From the human T2T-CHM13v2.0 reference genome, Homo sapiens: a stretch of 64,000 nucleotides of DNA. The translations under genes and the position numbers were made by a program. Shown here piece by piece: positions 63,273 to 64,000 of this stretch (its first letter is position 1; each line of letters opens with the position of its first letter). A model generated the notes under the pieces. It was given only the letters and a program-made list of their open reading frames with translations, was not told the DNA's origin and searched no databases. The stretch covers positions 29,888,001 through 29,952,000 of the forward strand of contig CP068257.2 of the NCBI GenBank assembly GCA_009914755.4, written 5' to 3'.

Positions 63273-64000
63273 TTATAGCCTATTTACTCTAAAGCCCATG
63301 TATTATTATTATTCCAAACCCATTGATTATTATTATTCCAAAACATATCTATTTTTAACTGTTTAAGCACATTATTGGAACATGCACTGAGAGCTTGATG
63401 GTCTTTGATTCTTCAAGGCAAATCAACTTTCTACCACGTCATCGGAATAAAACAGAAATTAAACAGTTGAAAGGGCCTCTACTCTCCCAAGACCTCTGGT
63501 GTCCACCCCCATCTAATATTCTTATGTATTCATAGGCGATGTTAAATAAATGGCAAGAATCTCCTATTTCTTTTTTACATAAGAAGAAAGACTGCATAGC
63601 TATGAAAAATACACTCTGTCACCAGAGCCACGCAAGAGATCTTTAGAGGAATAAATAGCCGCAGTCTCATAGCAACATTCAGATGAACAATGCTGAGAGC
63701 TGAAAGATGTTCTTCGGTTAGAAATTCATGCCTACAAAAGAATACCATCCACGAAGTTCCTCACTGTTAATTACAGATAGTAAAGCCAGTCCACAGGCAA
63801 TGGAAATGAGGGTCCATCATGCAGCCGGCTTCTTGGGAAGGACTGACCAATATCCTCAGAAAGCTAAAATGAATGAATATGCTTTTTTTTTTTTTTTTTT
63901 TTTTTATTGATCATTCTTGGGTGTTTCTCGCAGAGGGGGATTTGGCAGGGTCATAGGACAATAGTGGAGGGAAGGTCAGCAGATAAAACAAGTGAACAAA

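Noticed and set aside
63280-63345. Direct repeat tattattattattccaaa(c/a)c...attgattattattattccaaaac
   Set aside because: A short, low-complexity local duplication of about 20 bp. It is too small and simple to be more than replication slippage.

Overview
This window is primate (human-type) nuclear genomic DNA, not a prokaryotic or viral replicon. About one third of it is Alu SINE sequence: roughly 68 full or partial Alu copies, about 50 on the + strand and 19 on the - strand. Many carry intact A-rich tails and readable target-site duplications (TSDs). Older repeats are interleaved between the Alus: MIR SINEs, two MaLR (THE1/MST-type) LTR copies, two L1 3' ends, a MADE1 (Hsmar1 MITE) fragment, and simple repeats including (AC)n, (CT)n and an AT-rich minisatellite. 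The most likely functional element is a 2.2-2.7 kb TATA-less CpG island at about 37.5-40.2 kb. It carries six CCAAT/ATTGG boxes and GC boxes, with consensus 5' splice donors pointing outward on both strands: a minus-strand GTGAGT donor near 38908 and a plus-strand GTAAAG donor near 39575. That arrangement fits a head-to-head (bidirectional) housekeeping-type promoter with non-coding first exons. The island is flanked by the only sizeable Alu-free blocks in the window, at about 33.0-37.4 kb and 39.7-41.4 kb. The supplied six-frame ORF track uses bacterial-style start rules and is uninformative here. Most listed ORFs are the stereotyped Alu pseudo-peptides ([49 protein letters not shown] and similar). 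The long ORFs at 37.6-39.6 kb are stop-codon-free artefacts of about 75% GC DNA and overlap on both strands. I could not support any protein-coding exon from sequence alone, and I see no CRISPR array, operon, tRNA or rRNA gene, and no novel system in the prokaryotic sense. What is worth a second look is structural. There are two local Alu arrays that look like unequal-recombination or tandem-duplication products, several nested insertions with clean TSDs, a CpG-retaining non-Alu element of unassigned family at 55.1-55.6 kb, and the promoter architecture itself.
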